From Desulfatiglandales bacterium (GTDB lineage Bacteria; Desulfobacterota; DSM-4660; Desulfatiglandales; Desulfatiglandaceae), in contig OY759599.1 of assembly GCA_963662465.1 (NCBI GenBank), forward strand, positions 7,584,001 to 7,648,000: DNA of 64,000 nt, in the 5' to 3' direction. Position numbers and translations under genes: made by a program. Position 1 is the first letter of the stretch. Each line of letters opens with the position of its first letter. Positions 28,251 through 41,563 of this stretch are shown one piece after another. A model generated the notes under the pieces. It did not search any database and had not been told where the DNA came from. It was given only the letters and a program-made list of their open reading frames with translations.

Positions 28251-28844
28251 CTATCCTTGAGACGCTTTCATTTTGTTTTTGAGATCGCTCTTCAATCGTT
28301 TGTAAATTTCTCCCGACTGGACAACAGCGGCGGAGACTCCACGCGATGAAATGGTAGCGCCGCTGACGGCGTCGATCTGGCCACCGTCCGCTTTGACTTT
28401 GAAGATGTCTGTCACAATTTTATCTTTGAACTGGTTGCCGAAGTCAGGGTCACTCTTTGTTTTTGACCCTACGCCGGGTGTCTCGCTGTGAGTGGTTACC
28501 GCAACTCCGACGATTTTGTCCGTGTCCACATTGACCGCTGTAATGACGCCGATATCGCCCCCGAAGCCTTTGCCGTAAGTTTCAAAGGCCACCACATTTT
28601 TCTTGCCGTCAAATTCACCCACAAAGAAATCTCTTTCTTTGTCTTGATCGCTCATCTTGAATCGATCCTGCAGCGGGTCGTTGGTGCAGCCTTCCATGAT
28701 AAGATTAATGGCGGGGCCTTTGACAAAGACGAGTTGCTGATATTCGATGCGATCCTGGGTGGCATTTCGAACAGAGGCTAAAACCCCCCCGGAGACGGCG
28801 CTGAAGATCACGATGGCAATGAACAGTTTAAACATATCACGCAT
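28251..28844 (-). CDS. rnfG: Rnf complex subunit G
   Basis: HSETPG and DAVSGATISS flavinylation motif. Confidence 0.93.
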   Translation of the reverse strand: MRDMFKLFIAIVIFSAVSGGVLASVRNATQDRIEYQQLVFVKGPAINLIMEGCTNDPLQDRFKMSDQDKERDFFVGEFDGKKNVVAFETYGKGFGGDIGVITAVNVDTDKIVGVAVTTHSETPGVGSKTKSDPDFGNQFKDKIVTDIFKVKADGGQIDAVSGATISSRGVSAAVVQSGEIYKRLKSDLKNKMKASQG

Positions 28845-29805
28845 TTTCCATCTCCTTTCCAATGGCGCTGGGCCTGATTTTGTCCAGCAATGGGTTTGCG
28901 AGATTCAGCATTAGAATGGCGAAGACAACGCCATCCACCATGGCCCCGATGTTGCGAATGAGTACGGTGAGAAGACCGGCCAAGGCGCCATAAAGCAACA
29001 TGGGGATAACATTAACCGGGGAGGAAGAGTCTTCCGTGGCCAGGAAAAATGCGCCGATTAGCGTGTAACCGGTCAGAAGATGAAAAACCGGCCCGGCATA
29101 GGCGGTGGGGTTTGCCAGATTAAATAGAAGGGCCGTGATGAATACGCCCACCAGAAAGGAAATAGCAATTTCCCAGCGAATGAGGCCCCGAAGGATCAAA
29201 TAAACACCGCCAAGGATCAGGCCTAGGCCGAAAGTGGCGCCGATGCCGCCCGTTTGACATCCCATGAGCAGCGCCCCCGCGGTATAATCCGAAACCGCTT
29301 CCACACCGAAGTGTTTCAGGGTGGCCAGGGGATACATCATGGGAAACCCCAATTCGTAATCAAGCAGGGCCTCGTTAAAATCCATGATGCCTTTCCAGGA
29401 CAGAAAGACCATGGCAATGGCCACCAGCGCTGGATTGAGTGGGTTGCAGCCGATGCCGCCAAAGACCTGTTTCCCGATCACAATGGCCAGGAAGGTACCG
29501 ATAAGGACCACCCACCAGGGGGTGGCCGCAGGCAGGAGCATGGCGAACAAAAGCCCGATGACGGCGGCATTGCCGTCGCCGATGCTGACGGGCCGTTTCA
29601 TGACAAAATTCATGATGAGTTCCCAGATCATGGCGCAGCCCATGGAAAAGGTTATCACGCCAAGGGCCGGGGCGCCGTATTGATAGATGCCCAGAGCCAC
29701 GGCGGGAAGGGCTGCCAGCATGATATTATAGCTTTTTACCGCAATGCCGCTCCCATTGTGCCGGAAAGGGGCATGTGAGCTGACAAACAGCTTTTGGTTA
29801 TCCAT
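28837..29805 (-). CDS. rnfD: Rnf complex subunit D
   Basis: KQVFGGIG.N..NPA, GAFFLAT...SSP, multiple TM segments; no obvious SGAT motif. Confidence 0.9.
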   Translation of the reverse strand: MDNQKLFVSSHAPFRHNGSGIAVKSYNIMLAALPAVALGIYQYGAPALGVITFSMGCAMIWELIMNFVMKRPVSIGDGNAAVIGLLFAMLLPAATPWWVVLIGTFLAIVIGKQVFGGIGCNPLNPALVAIAMVFLSWKGIMDFNEALLDYELGFPMMYPLATLKHFGVEAVSDYTAGALLMGCQTGGIGATFGLGLILGGVYLILRGLIRWEIAISFLVGVFITALLFNLANPTAYAGPVFHLLTGYTLIGAFFLATEDSSSPVNVIPMLLYGALAGLLTVLIRNIGAMVDGVVFAILMLNLANPLLDKIRPSAIGKEMENA

Positions 29806-31084
29806 TTAATGCCTCCGCTTTTTCCATCAGGGAAAGTTCATACTTCCCCAGCATGATATAGTGAAATACGGGGATTCGCGCCTCGCATACGTAACTGCAA
29901 AGCCCGCATTCAATGCAGGAAAGGAGGTCGTACTCTCTGGCGGCCTCTTCATACTGAGCGTTTTCAAGGAGGCGCACCAGCATATTGACGGGAATGCGGA
30001 CGGGGCACGCCCTGATGCATTCGCCGCAGTTTACGCACGGGTCATTTCCGTTGAGGGTCAGGTCGTCTTTGTCCTGTACCATGATGGCATCCGTATCCTG
30101 CATGACGGGCATGTCTTCCGTATAAATGCTTCTTCCGGTCATGGGGCCGCCGACCACCAACCTGTCGCCCCGATCCATCTGAATGCTGAGAGCGCTGAGA
30201 ACCGCTTTGATGGGGGTCCCCATGTGTACCCTGATCATTTGGGCGTCCTCATTTTTTCCGATAACCGTGACCATTTTGGCGACAGGGGGTTTTCCGGTCG
30301 CAAATGCGGATTTTAGGGCCAGGACCCCTTCAGCGTCAATGAAGGCGACCCCCAGGGATGAACAGTTCATGCCGGCGGGAACCACCTGATGCAGCACATC
30401 TTTCATGATCATTTTGGGCAAACTGTTGGGGTAAGTTGGGGAGACCGTTTGCACTTCGGCTCCTGATTTGGCAGCCTCGACACTGAGGCCGGGGGGGACA
30501 ACCAGGATAACCTTTGGATTCCCGGTGATTTTTTTCAGGTAGTCTATGCCCTCTTTGAGATCGTCCGCGTGCATTTTAATGACCATTTGCTGGGTCGTTA
30601 CCAGAAGGTCTTTGTCCATACCGTTAACCACAAGGGTTTTTAACGGTGTTTCGGGGTGAATCAGCGCGTCAATATCGGAGATTCCCGGCAATCCATTGAG
30701 GCGCTTTCCCGTTTCTTCAAGGTCAGTCGTTTTGATGGCCGCATGAAAGGCATCGTCCCACTGGTCCGTTTTGGAGACATCAATGCCCACTGAAACAAAA
30801 GTCCGTCCCAGATAGCCTGTTTTTCTTGAAATGTCCGTAATGGTTCCCGTTACGGATGAAGTGAAGGTTGTTTTCGAGAATGGCGAAAGTTGCAGATTCT
30901 GCCCGGTTTTGATTTCATCGCCCACCTGGAACATCAGATCGCTTGCAGCGGGATCAGGCGCTTTGACAAATAGGACGGCCCGTTCTGAAAGAGGGATATC
31001 TTTTATCTCTTTCCGTTGAAGCCCTTCAATGCCGGCATAATCCAGTTTGGGTTTTCCAAAACCGAAAAACGGTTTTTTGATCAT
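29798..31084 (-). CDS. rnfC: Rnf complex subunit C (divergent)
   Basis: GGPMTG, CVNCGECIRACP, CIECGLCSYVC; position in operon. Confidence 0.85.
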   Translation of the reverse strand: MIKKPFFGFGKPKLDYAGIEGLQRKEIKDIPLSERAVLFVKAPDPAASDLMFQVGDEIKTGQNLQLSPFSKTTFTSSVTGTITDISRKTGYLGRTFVSVGIDVSKTDQWDDAFHAAIKTTDLEETGKRLNGLPGISDIDALIHPETPLKTLVVNGMDKDLLVTTQQMVIKMHADDLKEGIDYLKKITGNPKVILVVPPGLSVEAAKSGAEVQTVSPTYPNSLPKMIMKDVLHQVVPAGMNCSSLGVAFIDAEGVLALKSAFATGKPPVAKMVTVIGKNEDAQMIRVHMGTPIKAVLSALSIQMDRGDRLVVGGPMTGRSIYTEDMPVMQDTDAIMVQDKDDLTLNGNDPCVNCGECIRACPVRIPVNMLVRLLENAQYEEAAREYDLLSCIECGLCSYVCEARIPVFHYIMLGKYELSLMEKAEALNG

Positions 31085-31158
31085 ATTTTCCTCCCACCCA
31101 TGAGAAAAAAACACCCTATCTGTCCATGGGTAACAGATGCTTTATTATATGGAGAAGG

Positions 31159-31533
31159 TTACATCACATGGCACTCGGAACAATTTACCGGACCACTGCC
31201 ACCTTCATCATGGCAGCCCTTGCATTGAGAGTGCATTACTTCCATTCGTTTCGGCGCATCCTCGCCTTTCGCGTCATGACATTCACCGCAGGCGGCGGGG
31301 GTGTCTCCTTCATTCTCAATATCATGGTGGCAATCACCGCAGGTGATGCCGTAGCCATTTTCGGAAAAATGTCCTTTATGATCAAAGAGTACATTGCCGC
31401 CTGTATTTTTTAACATGATTCGGATGGGATTTTCCGGGGCTTTTTTTGCGAATGCCGCGTAACAAACCACGCCGATAAGCAGAAAAGCCGCCGCCAGACA
31501 GTAGGCGATAGTTTGAAGATACTTGTTTTTCAT
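31159..31533 (-). CDS. tetraheme cytochrome c3 family protein
   Basis: N-terminal signal/TM, VLFDHKGH, four CxxCH motifs. Confidence 0.9.
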   Translation of the reverse strand: MKNKYLQTIAYCLAAAFLLIGVVCYAAFAKKAPENPIRIMLKNTGGNVLFDHKGHFSENGYGITCGDCHHDIENEGDTPAACGECHDAKGEDAPKRMEVMHSQCKGCHDEGGSGPVNCSECHVM

Positions 31534-31842
31534 GATGATTTTCCTTAAGTTCCCAACATCGGTGTAAGGTTTATGACGACCATGGGGGCGCTGATGAAAC
31601 ACCGCCCATGAAATTAGGACTCTTTTACTGAAAAGGGATTCCTTTTGTCAAGGGAGTTTTGTGGCATATTCCGGGAAAAGCGTTGTGAGATGCGAGCGGT
31701 TGGTGGTTGGTCGATGATTCACAGGCAATGGTTGACGGCTTGACAGTATCGGCGAGGTTTGTTAGAAGCAATTAAAGCCGGTGAGATGTGCCGACTTTAA
31801 AAAAGAGATCCTTTTCCCGTAAACGCTATCGATCCGGTTTTT

Positions 31843-32718
31843 ATGCATTATGAAGGTCCCATTTACCGTCCCCCCAGTGAAGCTGACAGCCTCCTTGTGC
31901 AGGCCACCGTCGGTTGTCCTCACAACAAATGCACCTTTTGCATGGTTTATAAGAAGGGACCCCGTTTTCGGGTGCGGTCCGTTGAAGATATTGAAACGGA
32001 TTTGATGGAAGCCCGGAAGACCTTTGGCGCCGGGGTTCAAACGCTTTTTTTCCCGGCGGGAAATACCATTGCGATGCCCACGGATGCCTTGTGCCATATC
32101 TGCTCCCGCGCAAGGTCTCTCTTTCCCGAACTCAGGCGGATTACGGTATACGGATCCTCTCAATATATCCACGAAAAAGGCCTTGACGAGCTGGTCCGGC
32201 TTAAAAATGCAGGTTTGTCGCGGATACACGTGGGTCTCGAGAGTGGCGATGATGAGGTTTTGCGAAGGATCAAAAAGGGGGTCGATTCGGCCCGGCAAGT
32301 GGCGGCCGGATTGTGGACCAGGGAGGCCGGGATAGAATTGAGCCTATATGTGCTGCTGGGTATCGGCGGTCGGGAACGGACCCTGGAACATGCGCGAGAA
32401 ACCTCATCCGTGCTGAACGCCGTGAATCCTGACTTCATCCGGGTGCGGACGTTCCTTCCGAAAGCGAACACCCTGATGTTGCACCAGATCAGGAAAGGGC
32501 AATTCAAGTTGCTTTCTCCCCATGAAGTTCTGTGGGAACTGGCGCGGATAATTCAAAGTCTGGATGTGACCTCCAAAATTCGAAGCGACCATTATACCAA
32601 TTATCTGAACGTTTCAGGGGATATGCCGAAGGATAAACATCGAATGCTCGACTTGATTCAAAAGGGTCTTAAACAGGATGAACGGCTTTTCAGACCTGCA
32701 TATGTAGGAACCCAATGA
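31843..32718 (+). CDS. radical SAM protein
   Basis: YRPPSEA, CPHNKCTFC and GLESG motifs. Confidence 0.9.
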   Translation: MHYEGPIYRPPSEADSLLVQATVGCPHNKCTFCMVYKKGPRFRVRSVEDIETDLMEARKTFGAGVQTLFFPAGNTIAMPTDALCHICSRARSLFPELRRITVYGSSQYIHEKGLDELVRLKNAGLSRIHVGLESGDDEVLRRIKKGVDSARQVAAGLWTREAGIELSLYVLLGIGGRERTLEHARETSSVLNAVNPDFIRVRTFLPKANTLMLHQIRKGQFKLLSPHEVLWELARIIQSLDVTSKIRSDHYTNYLNVSGDMPKDKHRMLDLIQKGLKQDERLFRPAYVGTQ

Positions 32719-32778
32719 AACCCATATGATTCTTTGCGTATTGCAAATGCGTGCTTCGTTATTACAGTTCCACGGATA

Positions 32779-35173
<2,395 letters not shown>

Positions 35174-35187
35174 ACGAAATAGAAACC

Positions 35188-35212
35188 AGAGGTCAGAGGT
35201 CAGAAGTCAGAA
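35188..35212 (+). repeat. short heptamer tandem CAGAGGT/CAGAAGT
   Basis: about 3.5 copies in the guaB-guaA spacer. Confidence 0.6.
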
Positions 35213-35234
35213 ACCAGGTGGAAGGTAACGCACG

Positions 35235-36791
35235 ATGAATGTCGATCTTTTTACGCAGAAAATACTGATTCTTGATTTTGGTTCCCAGTATACGCAGCTC
35301 ATCGCCAGAAGGGTTCGGGAGGCCAAAGTTTATTGTGAAATTCATCCTTTCAATATGGACCTGGAGGAGATCGGAGCTTTTTCTCCCAAAGGCATTATCT
35401 TGTCTGGAGGGCCCGCCAGCATTTACGACAAGGATGCGCCCTTTGCGGACGAAGGGATTTTTAAGCTGAAGATTCCGGTATTGGGCATCTGCTACGGTAT
35501 GCAGTTTATCACCCATTTGCGGGGCGGCCTGGTGGCCCAGTCCGGTGATCGTGAATACGGGCATGCCACCATGACCATCCTGGATGACAAAGATCTGTTT
35601 CATGGGTTTGACAAGGATGAAAGCTGGACCGCCTGGATGAGCCATGGGGACCGCATTGACCGTATGCCCGAGGGATTTGAGGTCCTTGCCGGCAGTAAGA
35701 ACAGTCCCGTGGCGGCAATGGCCGATGCATCGCGGCGGTTTTTTGGCGTGCAATTCCATCCGGAGGTGGCCCATACGCCCGAAGGCCCGAAAATTCTGGC
35801 CAATTTTCTATTTCATATCTGCGGGTGCCGGCCGTCCTGGACCATGGCATCCTTTGTCCGCGAGACGGTTGCGTCCCTGCGTGAACAGCTTGGAAATGAA
35901 CGGGTGATCTGCGGGCTTTCCGGGGGTGTGGACTCCTCGGTAACCGCGGTGCTTCTTCATGAAGCCATTGGGAAAAACCTGTCATGTATCCTGGTGGACA
36001 ACGGACTTCTCCGAAAAGGGGAGGCTCGAAAAGTGGTGGAGGTATTTCAAGGGTACTACGGCATTGATTTGCATCTGGTGGAGGCGTCGGAACTTTTTCT
36101 GGGTCGTCTGAAAGGGACTACGGACCCCGAAGAAAAGCGAAAGATTATTGGTCGGGAGTTTATCCAGGTTTTTGAAAAAAAGGCGGCTGAATTGGGGTCT
36201 GCTCAATACCTGGCCCAGGGAACCCTGTATCCTGACGTCATTGAAAGTGTGTCGTTCAAAGGACCTTCCGCCACCATCAAGAGCCACCACAATGTGGGGG
36301 GGCTGCCCGATGTGATGAAACTGAAACTGGTGGAACCCCTGCGGGAACTTTTCAAGGATGAGGTGCGCGAAGTGGGTATCGAGCTGGGCCTTCCCAGAGA
36401 ACTGGTTATGCGTCAGCCCTTTCCGGGACCCGGTCTTGCCATTCGAATCCTGGGGGAGATTAACGCCGAAAGGCTTGAAATTTTGCGGGCGGCGGACGTT
36501 ATTGTGCTGGATGAAATCAAAATGGCCGGTCTTTACGAAAAGGTGTGGCAGTCTTTTGCGGTGCTGCTTCCGATCCGCACCGTCGGCGTCATGGGCGATG
36601 AGCGAACCTATGAACATGTGATTGCCGTGCGTGTTGTGGACAGCTTGGATGCCATGACCGCCGACTGGTCAAAGATTCCCTACGAGGTTATGGGTAGAAT
36701 TTCCAACCGGATTATCAACAGCGTCAAGGGGGTGAACCGGGTCGTTTACGATATCTCTTCCAAACCACCGAGTACTATCGAGTGGGAATAA
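35235..36791 (+). CDS. guaA: GMP synthase (glutamine-hydrolysing)
   Basis: LDFGSQY, GICYG, QFHPE, SGGVDS and KPPSTIEWE motifs. Confidence 0.98.
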   Translation: MNVDLFTQKILILDFGSQYTQLIARRVREAKVYCEIHPFNMDLEEIGAFSPKGIILSGGPASIYDKDAPFADEGIFKLKIPVLGICYGMQFITHLRGGLVAQSGDREYGHATMTILDDKDLFHGFDKDESWTAWMSHGDRIDRMPEGFEVLAGSKNSPVAAMADASRRFFGVQFHPEVAHTPEGPKILANFLFHICGCRPSWTMASFVRETVASLREQLGNERVICGLSGGVDSSVTAVLLHEAIGKNLSCILVDNGLLRKGEARKVVEVFQGYYGIDLHLVEASELFLGRLKGTTDPEEKRKIIGREFIQVFEKKAAELGSAQYLAQGTLYPDVIESVSFKGPSATIKSHHNVGGLPDVMKLKLVEPLRELFKDEVREVGIELGLPRELVMRQPFPGPGLAIRILGEINAERLEILRAADVIVLDEIKMAGLYEKVWQSFAVLLPIRTVGVMGDERTYEHVIAVRVVDSLDAMTADWSKIPYEVMGRISNRIINSVKGVNRVVYDISSKPPSTIEWE

Positions 36792-36925
36792 ACAAATTTT
36801 TGATCCGTTAAAACCCCTTCAAGTCGATCTGATCAAACATGGAAGAATTTTATGCCCTATTGTGAGTAAGGACCGAACGGAACCCAAATGGGAAATGGCC
36901 GATAACTCTTGAGGGAGCAGTGTAA

Positions 36926-38362
36926 ATGAATATCAGAATTTTTCGATGGGTGTTTGTGATATCCGTTATGTTGGCAGGATTTATGACGCCGGCCCAAGGC
37001 GCCGAGATTTCAAACAGCGCCATGCAGGATGAAATCCAAGCGCTTAAACAGATGGTGCTGGAACTCCGGAAACGGATACAGCATCTTGAGGCGGGCCGGG
37101 TGGAACCCAGGGCAGCGGCGGACTTCGCTACAATGAGGCCTGTAATTTCTGAACCTGTGAAGAAGGCAACGGCTGAGGCGCCCGTCGATCCGAAAGAAAT
37201 GGGGGTTAACCCCCCGGCGCCTCTTGATATTGGGGGGCATAAGGTCAGGGTGGGTATCGCCGGCGCTATCCAGGCGGACGTGATCCATGATTTCAAGGCC
37301 TTGGGACTCAAACCCGGCGATGGCCAGGCCCGGGAGTTCATTACGGCGAATATTCCCGTGGGTGGACCCGCCGCGGACATTGCCAACCGCACCGCTTTCA
37401 GCCCCAATCAGAGTTATCTCAGCGGGTGGGCCGAGACCGACACGCCGTGGGGACCTTTCAAGGTTTATGCGGATGTGAACCTCATGGGTTCCACCACGGA
37501 ACCGGAATTTCAGATTTACAAGGCCTACGGCCAATGGGGTTGGCTCAAGGCGGGCCTGGATTATACCATTTGGATCAACCAGGCCGCCATCCCGAGTACC
37601 CTGGATTTTGAGGGCCCTAATGCGGCCCCGGAAAATCGCTTTACCCAGGCAAGCCTGAAGATTCCGCTGAGCCCGGGTTCGGAGAATCGAGAATTCTTTT
37701 TTACCGTGGGCGCGGAGGATGCCGAGGGAGACATGACCCTGCCCGCGGGCGTCGCTTCCGTGGACCAGTTTCCGGCGGTCATTGGAAAATTTTCCTACGA
37801 GCCCGATTGGGCCCATATGGAGTTGGCCGGACTCTACCGTCGCCTCAAAGCCGAGGGTACGGGCTACGACCAATCCATAGACGGTTGGGGCGTGGCCTTC
37901 AGCGGCGGCATCGATACCTGGGGGAACGATAACTTTATCTGGGGTCTTGAATATGGGGATGCCCTCGGGGCTTATATCCAGGATACGGCCGGTCTGGGAC
38001 TGGATGCGGCCCCCGTATCCCCCGCCAACGCTACCCTCAGGGCTATTTCGGCTTTCGGCGCCTGGGGCGCCTATCAGCATTGGTGGTCTAAATCCCTTCG
38101 GTCATCGGCCACCTATGGTATTGTGCGTTTGGACAGCGATTTCGACCTGTTGCCCAACCCTGCCGGTGCGGGAACCTACAAACAGACCCAATATGCATCC
38201 ATGAACCTGGTTTGGAGCCCATGGCCTCCCTTTGATGTGGGTTTGGAATACATGTTCGGTCACCGCACCGTGACCAACCCTACGGCGGTGGACGGCAGTA
38301 CCACGGGGCAGGATCACCGCGTTCAGTTCACCATGCGGTGGAATTTTGGGTGGGAGCGATGA
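36926..38362 (+). CDS. DcaP-like outer membrane porin
   Basis: signal peptide, N-terminal coiled coil, TLDFEGPN, YQHWW, beta-barrel pattern. Confidence 0.78.
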   Translation: MNIRIFRWVFVISVMLAGFMTPAQGAEISNSAMQDEIQALKQMVLELRKRIQHLEAGRVEPRAAADFATMRPVISEPVKKATAEAPVDPKEMGVNPPAPLDIGGHKVRVGIAGAIQADVIHDFKALGLKPGDGQAREFITANIPVGGPAADIANRTAFSPNQSYLSGWAETDTPWGPFKVYADVNLMGSTTEPEFQIYKAYGQWGWLKAGLDYTIWINQAAIPSTLDFEGPNAAPENRFTQASLKIPLSPGSENREFFFTVGAEDAEGDMTLPAGVASVDQFPAVIGKFSYEPDWAHMELAGLYRRLKAEGTGYDQSIDGWGVAFSGGIDTWGNDNFIWGLEYGDALGAYIQDTAGLGLDAAPVSPANATLRAISAFGAWGAYQHWWSKSLRSSATYGIVRLDSDFDLLPNPAGAGTYKQTQYASMNLVWSPWPPFDVGLEYMFGHRTVTNPTAVDGSTTGQDHRVQFTMRWNFGWER

Positions 38363-38475
38363 TGGGCCAAGTTTAGGCAGTTATGCGGGTTCCCCCAAAT
38401 CCGTTATAATCAGAAAATGTCAAAAAGAAGAAGCCCCCCCTGAAGGTAAGGTAAACACGAAGACATCATTATAAC

Positions 38476-38510
38476 ACAGCGCCTGTGACGCATTGAGTTA
38501 CAGGCGCTGT
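38476..38510. terminator. hairpin between convergent genes
   Basis: ACAGCGCCTGT...ACAGGCGCTGT 11-bp stem. Confidence 0.55.
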
Positions 38511-38539
38511 TCATGGCTAATCTATACAGAAAAAACGGA

Positions 38540-39316
38540 TCAAGGCTGCCAATTGTCGTAAGGTTGATCAATGGGAGACATGATCTTATCAAAAGTACCG
38601 TCGGCGCGCATCTTTTCGATGGTTTCTGTAAGAAAGGCGTCTGTGACTTGCCCCTTTTCCCCTTTTGGGAGGATGATCTTGACGTCAAAGACCTTGTACA
38701 GCTCCCGGTGGATATTCTTCATCCCTTCCTTCTTGACGATGGGGTCCGAGGCGAAATCCGCAAATATAAACCCGTCGATTCTTCCCGCATTCACTTTCTT
38801 GAGGCTGCTGTCAATTCGAGTGGAACCCTTGACCGGGAAATCGAAATACTTGACATGTGCAAGATCGGTTTCGACCCGATAATCTTTCAGCTTACCTTTG
38901 TCGATGGGTTTGTTCTTGTTGGTGTAGAGTACAAAACTCACATGAAAAATCGTTTCTTTTGAATTTGCGTAATTCAATTTGGTTTCGTCGACGTTTTCAG
39001 GCTTAATGAGGGGCATGTGAAAATCTGCGTTGCCGTCCATCACATCATGCATTGATTTGTTAAAGGGGACCACCTGGATTGCGATATCCTTACCCGATGT
39101 CCGGGCTATGGCCTTAACCAGATCCACAAGAACCCCCTTATCCGTGCTTTCCGCATAAACAGGCATGTTTGCCAGGCTTGCCTTCATGTCCGCTGCTTTC
39201 ACAGGGGAAACCACGTAAACCAAGAGCATCATGGATGCAATGGTTAGGGTCACTATGGCCGGCAGTTTGTTCCAGTGGATCTGTCGGGAAATTCGTTCAC
39301 AAGTTCTCATCATCAT
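38540..39316 (-). CDS. periplasmic substrate-binding protein (polar amino acid family-like)
   Basis: signal peptide; GVLVDL, GRIDGFI and MRADGTFDKI motifs. Confidence 0.82.
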   Translation of the reverse strand: MMMRTCERISRQIHWNKLPAIVTLTIASMMLLVYVVSPVKAADMKASLANMPVYAESTDKGVLVDLVKAIARTSGKDIAIQVVPFNKSMHDVMDGNADFHMPLIKPENVDETKLNYANSKETIFHVSFVLYTNKNKPIDKGKLKDYRVETDLAHVKYFDFPVKGSTRIDSSLKKVNAGRIDGFIFADFASDPIVKKEGMKNIHRELYKVFDVKIILPKGEKGQVTDAFLTETIEKMRADGTFDKIMSPIDQPYDNWQP

Positions 39317-39357
39317 CGTCCTCCTTTTTTAAATCAAGTGTTGTCAAATTCCATCCA

Positions 39358-40959
39358 TCATCCTTTTTTCACCGACGGTTTTGGCGCTGCAATGGCAACT
39401 GCAAACTCCCTCCTTTCCCTTTCCTCCGGATACGCCTCTTCCGAGAAATGTGTGTCACCGGTTTTGGCGGCGCGCCTTCCCGTTCCTCCCACAATAGCGC
39501 CAAGATTACCCACAAAGGCCTGCATTTCTTCAGCCTGAGCGTTCATTTCCTCGGAGGCGGCAGCGGATTGTTCCGCCCCGGCTGCGCTGCTCTGGGTGAC
39601 CCTTTCCATTTCCGTGACTGCCAGATTTACTTGTTCAATGCCCTGGGCCTGATCTTGAGATGCGCTTGCAATTTCTCCCACCAACACAGTGACTCTTTCG
39701 GCAATGGTACTGTTCTGATCCATCACTTCCACCATCTGGGCGTTCAGGTGGCTGGTCTCCTCAATTTTCGCACCTGAATTCTCGATGAGCTCGCTTGTGG
39801 TTTTGGCGGCTTTGGCCGCTCTCATGGCCAGGTTTCTGACTTCGTCCGCAACCACGGCGAACCCTGCTCCTGCCTCTCCAGCCCTGGCGGCCTCCACCGC
39901 TGCGTTCAGCGCCAGCAGATTGGTCTGGAAGGCAATCTCATCAATGGTCTTGATGATTTTTGCTGTTTCCCGGCTTGATTCCACGGTAGCTGCAATGGCC
40001 GTTTTCATCTTATCCATTTGCGCTTTTATTTTATTGAAATTCTCAGACGATTCCGTTGTCATGATTTGATTGACCTGAGATGCGTGTTGGGCGTTTTGCC
40101 GGGTCATGGAGGAGATCTCTTCCAAGGTTGCACTTGTTTCCTCGATGCCTGAAGCCTGTTCAGAAGCCCCTTGTGCCATGTCCTGACTGAAAGAAGAGAC
40201 TTGGGCGGAGGCGGCAGCTACCTGCTCAGCGGCTTCCCGCAATCCCTCGATGATGCGATTCAACGGATTAATGGCGATAATCCTAAGACACAGGCTGATG
40301 GTAATGACCAATGCCAGGACCACCCCGAGGGTGACGCCGACTTGACCGATCAGGGCTTTCCGGAAACTTTTATCCGCTGTTGCCTGAAAAGCCGTAATTT
40401 CTTTTTTGATCGATACTTTGCTCTTTAGAATCTCTTGATTGAGCAAGGCATCGGTGAAAAAGATGCGTACTTTCCCTACGTTTTCCTTTTCCAAAATTGA
40501 ATCTGCGCCCCACACTAGATCCTGATTTAAGTTCAAACTGTCCGGCAAGGTCTTGCCGGTCTGAATTTCCGGTGTTTTCCAGATGGCCAGGAAAGGTTTT
40601 TCTTTATTATCCACGACCCTTATGGCGCGGATAGCCGGCAGTTTCATATAAGGAGAGAGTGCCTTGGCAAGGCCGTCTTCGTCGAAATTGTAAAGAAAAT
40701 TCGAAGCGATCCCGCCACATATTTCGGCGTTCACTTTCATGCTTTCGCTCAGGTCCGCTTTTTGAGTCCCGGCCTGTTCATCAATGGCGGTTTCGACACT
40801 TCGGATATGTTCACCGATCAAGTAGTCGACCAACCCGAGCTCAAGTTTAAGAAATATGACGCTGCTGATCGATAGCAAAATGAGGACTGTCAATCCGCTG
40901 ATGACAGAAGTTCTGACGGATATTCCAAAACGCGATTGTTTTGACATTCTGTTCCCCAT
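39358..40959 (-). CDS. methyl-accepting chemotaxis protein
   Basis: two TMs, periplasmic domain, [23 protein letters not shown] hairpin tip. Confidence 0.95.
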   Translation of the reverse strand: MGNRMSKQSRFGISVRTSVISGLTVLILLSISSVIFLKLELGLVDYLIGEHIRSVETAIDEQAGTQKADLSESMKVNAEICGGIASNFLYNFDEDGLAKALSPYMKLPAIRAIRVVDNKEKPFLAIWKTPEIQTGKTLPDSLNLNQDLVWGADSILEKENVGKVRIFFTDALLNQEILKSKVSIKKEITAFQATADKSFRKALIGQVGVTLGVVLALVITISLCLRIIAINPLNRIIEGLREAAEQVAAASAQVSSFSQDMAQGASEQASGIEETSATLEEISSMTRQNAQHASQVNQIMTTESSENFNKIKAQMDKMKTAIAATVESSRETAKIIKTIDEIAFQTNLLALNAAVEAARAGEAGAGFAVVADEVRNLAMRAAKAAKTTSELIENSGAKIEETSHLNAQMVEVMDQNSTIAERVTVLVGEIASASQDQAQGIEQVNLAVTEMERVTQSSAAGAEQSAAASEEMNAQAEEMQAFVGNLGAIVGGTGRRAAKTGDTHFSEEAYPEERERREFAVAIAAPKPSVKKG

Positions 40960-41107
40960 GTTGCACCCTCCGGTTAGGCTTTTCCGTAATGTTTTTAAGC
41001 AAATAAGGTGAAGAGCCTCGTTGCGGACGCTGCCCCCAATTCGGCTTGTGTCTTTCCCGTCTTCGAGCCCCCCCCGCGAGGAGGCGGATTTCCAATGCTG
41101 ATTTTAT

Positions 41108-41135
41108 GTATCGGCGATTTTCGGCAAATACTTTA
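41108..41135 (-). promoter_or_regulatory. putative sigma28 (FliA) promoter of the MCP-SBP operon
   Basis: TAAA-N16-GCCGATAC on the minus strand about 150 nt upstream of the MCP. Confidence 0.6.
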
Positions 41136-41284
41136 GCCACAATTTTTTTGGGGTAGTCGTTATGATAACGTTTCCACACGGGGATGCAAACGTCTGTTTG
41201 TAAGCGGACCCGGAAAGTTCTTGAATGGGCGGGTCAATCCGTTCTTTGAGCATTCCATCCTGAAGGCGAAATGACGATTGGCGG

Positions 41285-41563
41285 TCAACTCCAAAAAGGT
41301 CCGGGAGAGTTCAGCCAAGTAGTCAACAGCAAAAGCCTGTGACCATTTTCCGTTTCATGCAATCTTTGGGCTTTTTTTGCAAAATCATGGGCGTTCTTGA
41401 ATTCATGGTCTTGAACGGCTTTCCGGGCTTCCCGGCGGCAAATCCGGGACATTGCCGCCAGTTGCATCAGTTTTGAAAGATCGGCGCCGCATCGGGAGCA
41501 TTCCCGGGTCGCCCGGAATTTAGCCCGACAAACCGGGCACCGAAACGGTTTTACGGGAGTCAC
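41285..41563 (-). CDS. small zinc-ribbon plus helical protein
   Basis: CPVC...CSRCGADL; abuts the Hsp70 stop. Confidence 0.75.
   Translation of the reverse strand: MTPVKPFRCPVCRAKFRATRECSRCGADLSKLMQLAAMSRICRREARKAVQDHEFKNAHDFAKKAQRLHETENGHRLLLLTTWLNSPGPFWS

Noticed and set aside
37010..38080. 356-aa antisense ORF, and similar ones at 1814-2614, 10312-11040, 41656-42306 and 58168-58761
   Set aside because: They are shadows of well-supported genes on the opposite strand, with no recognisable motifs.
40960..41284. c-di-GMP riboswitch upstream of the MCP
   Set aside because: No GEMM-type consensus recognised; only a sigma28-like promoter.
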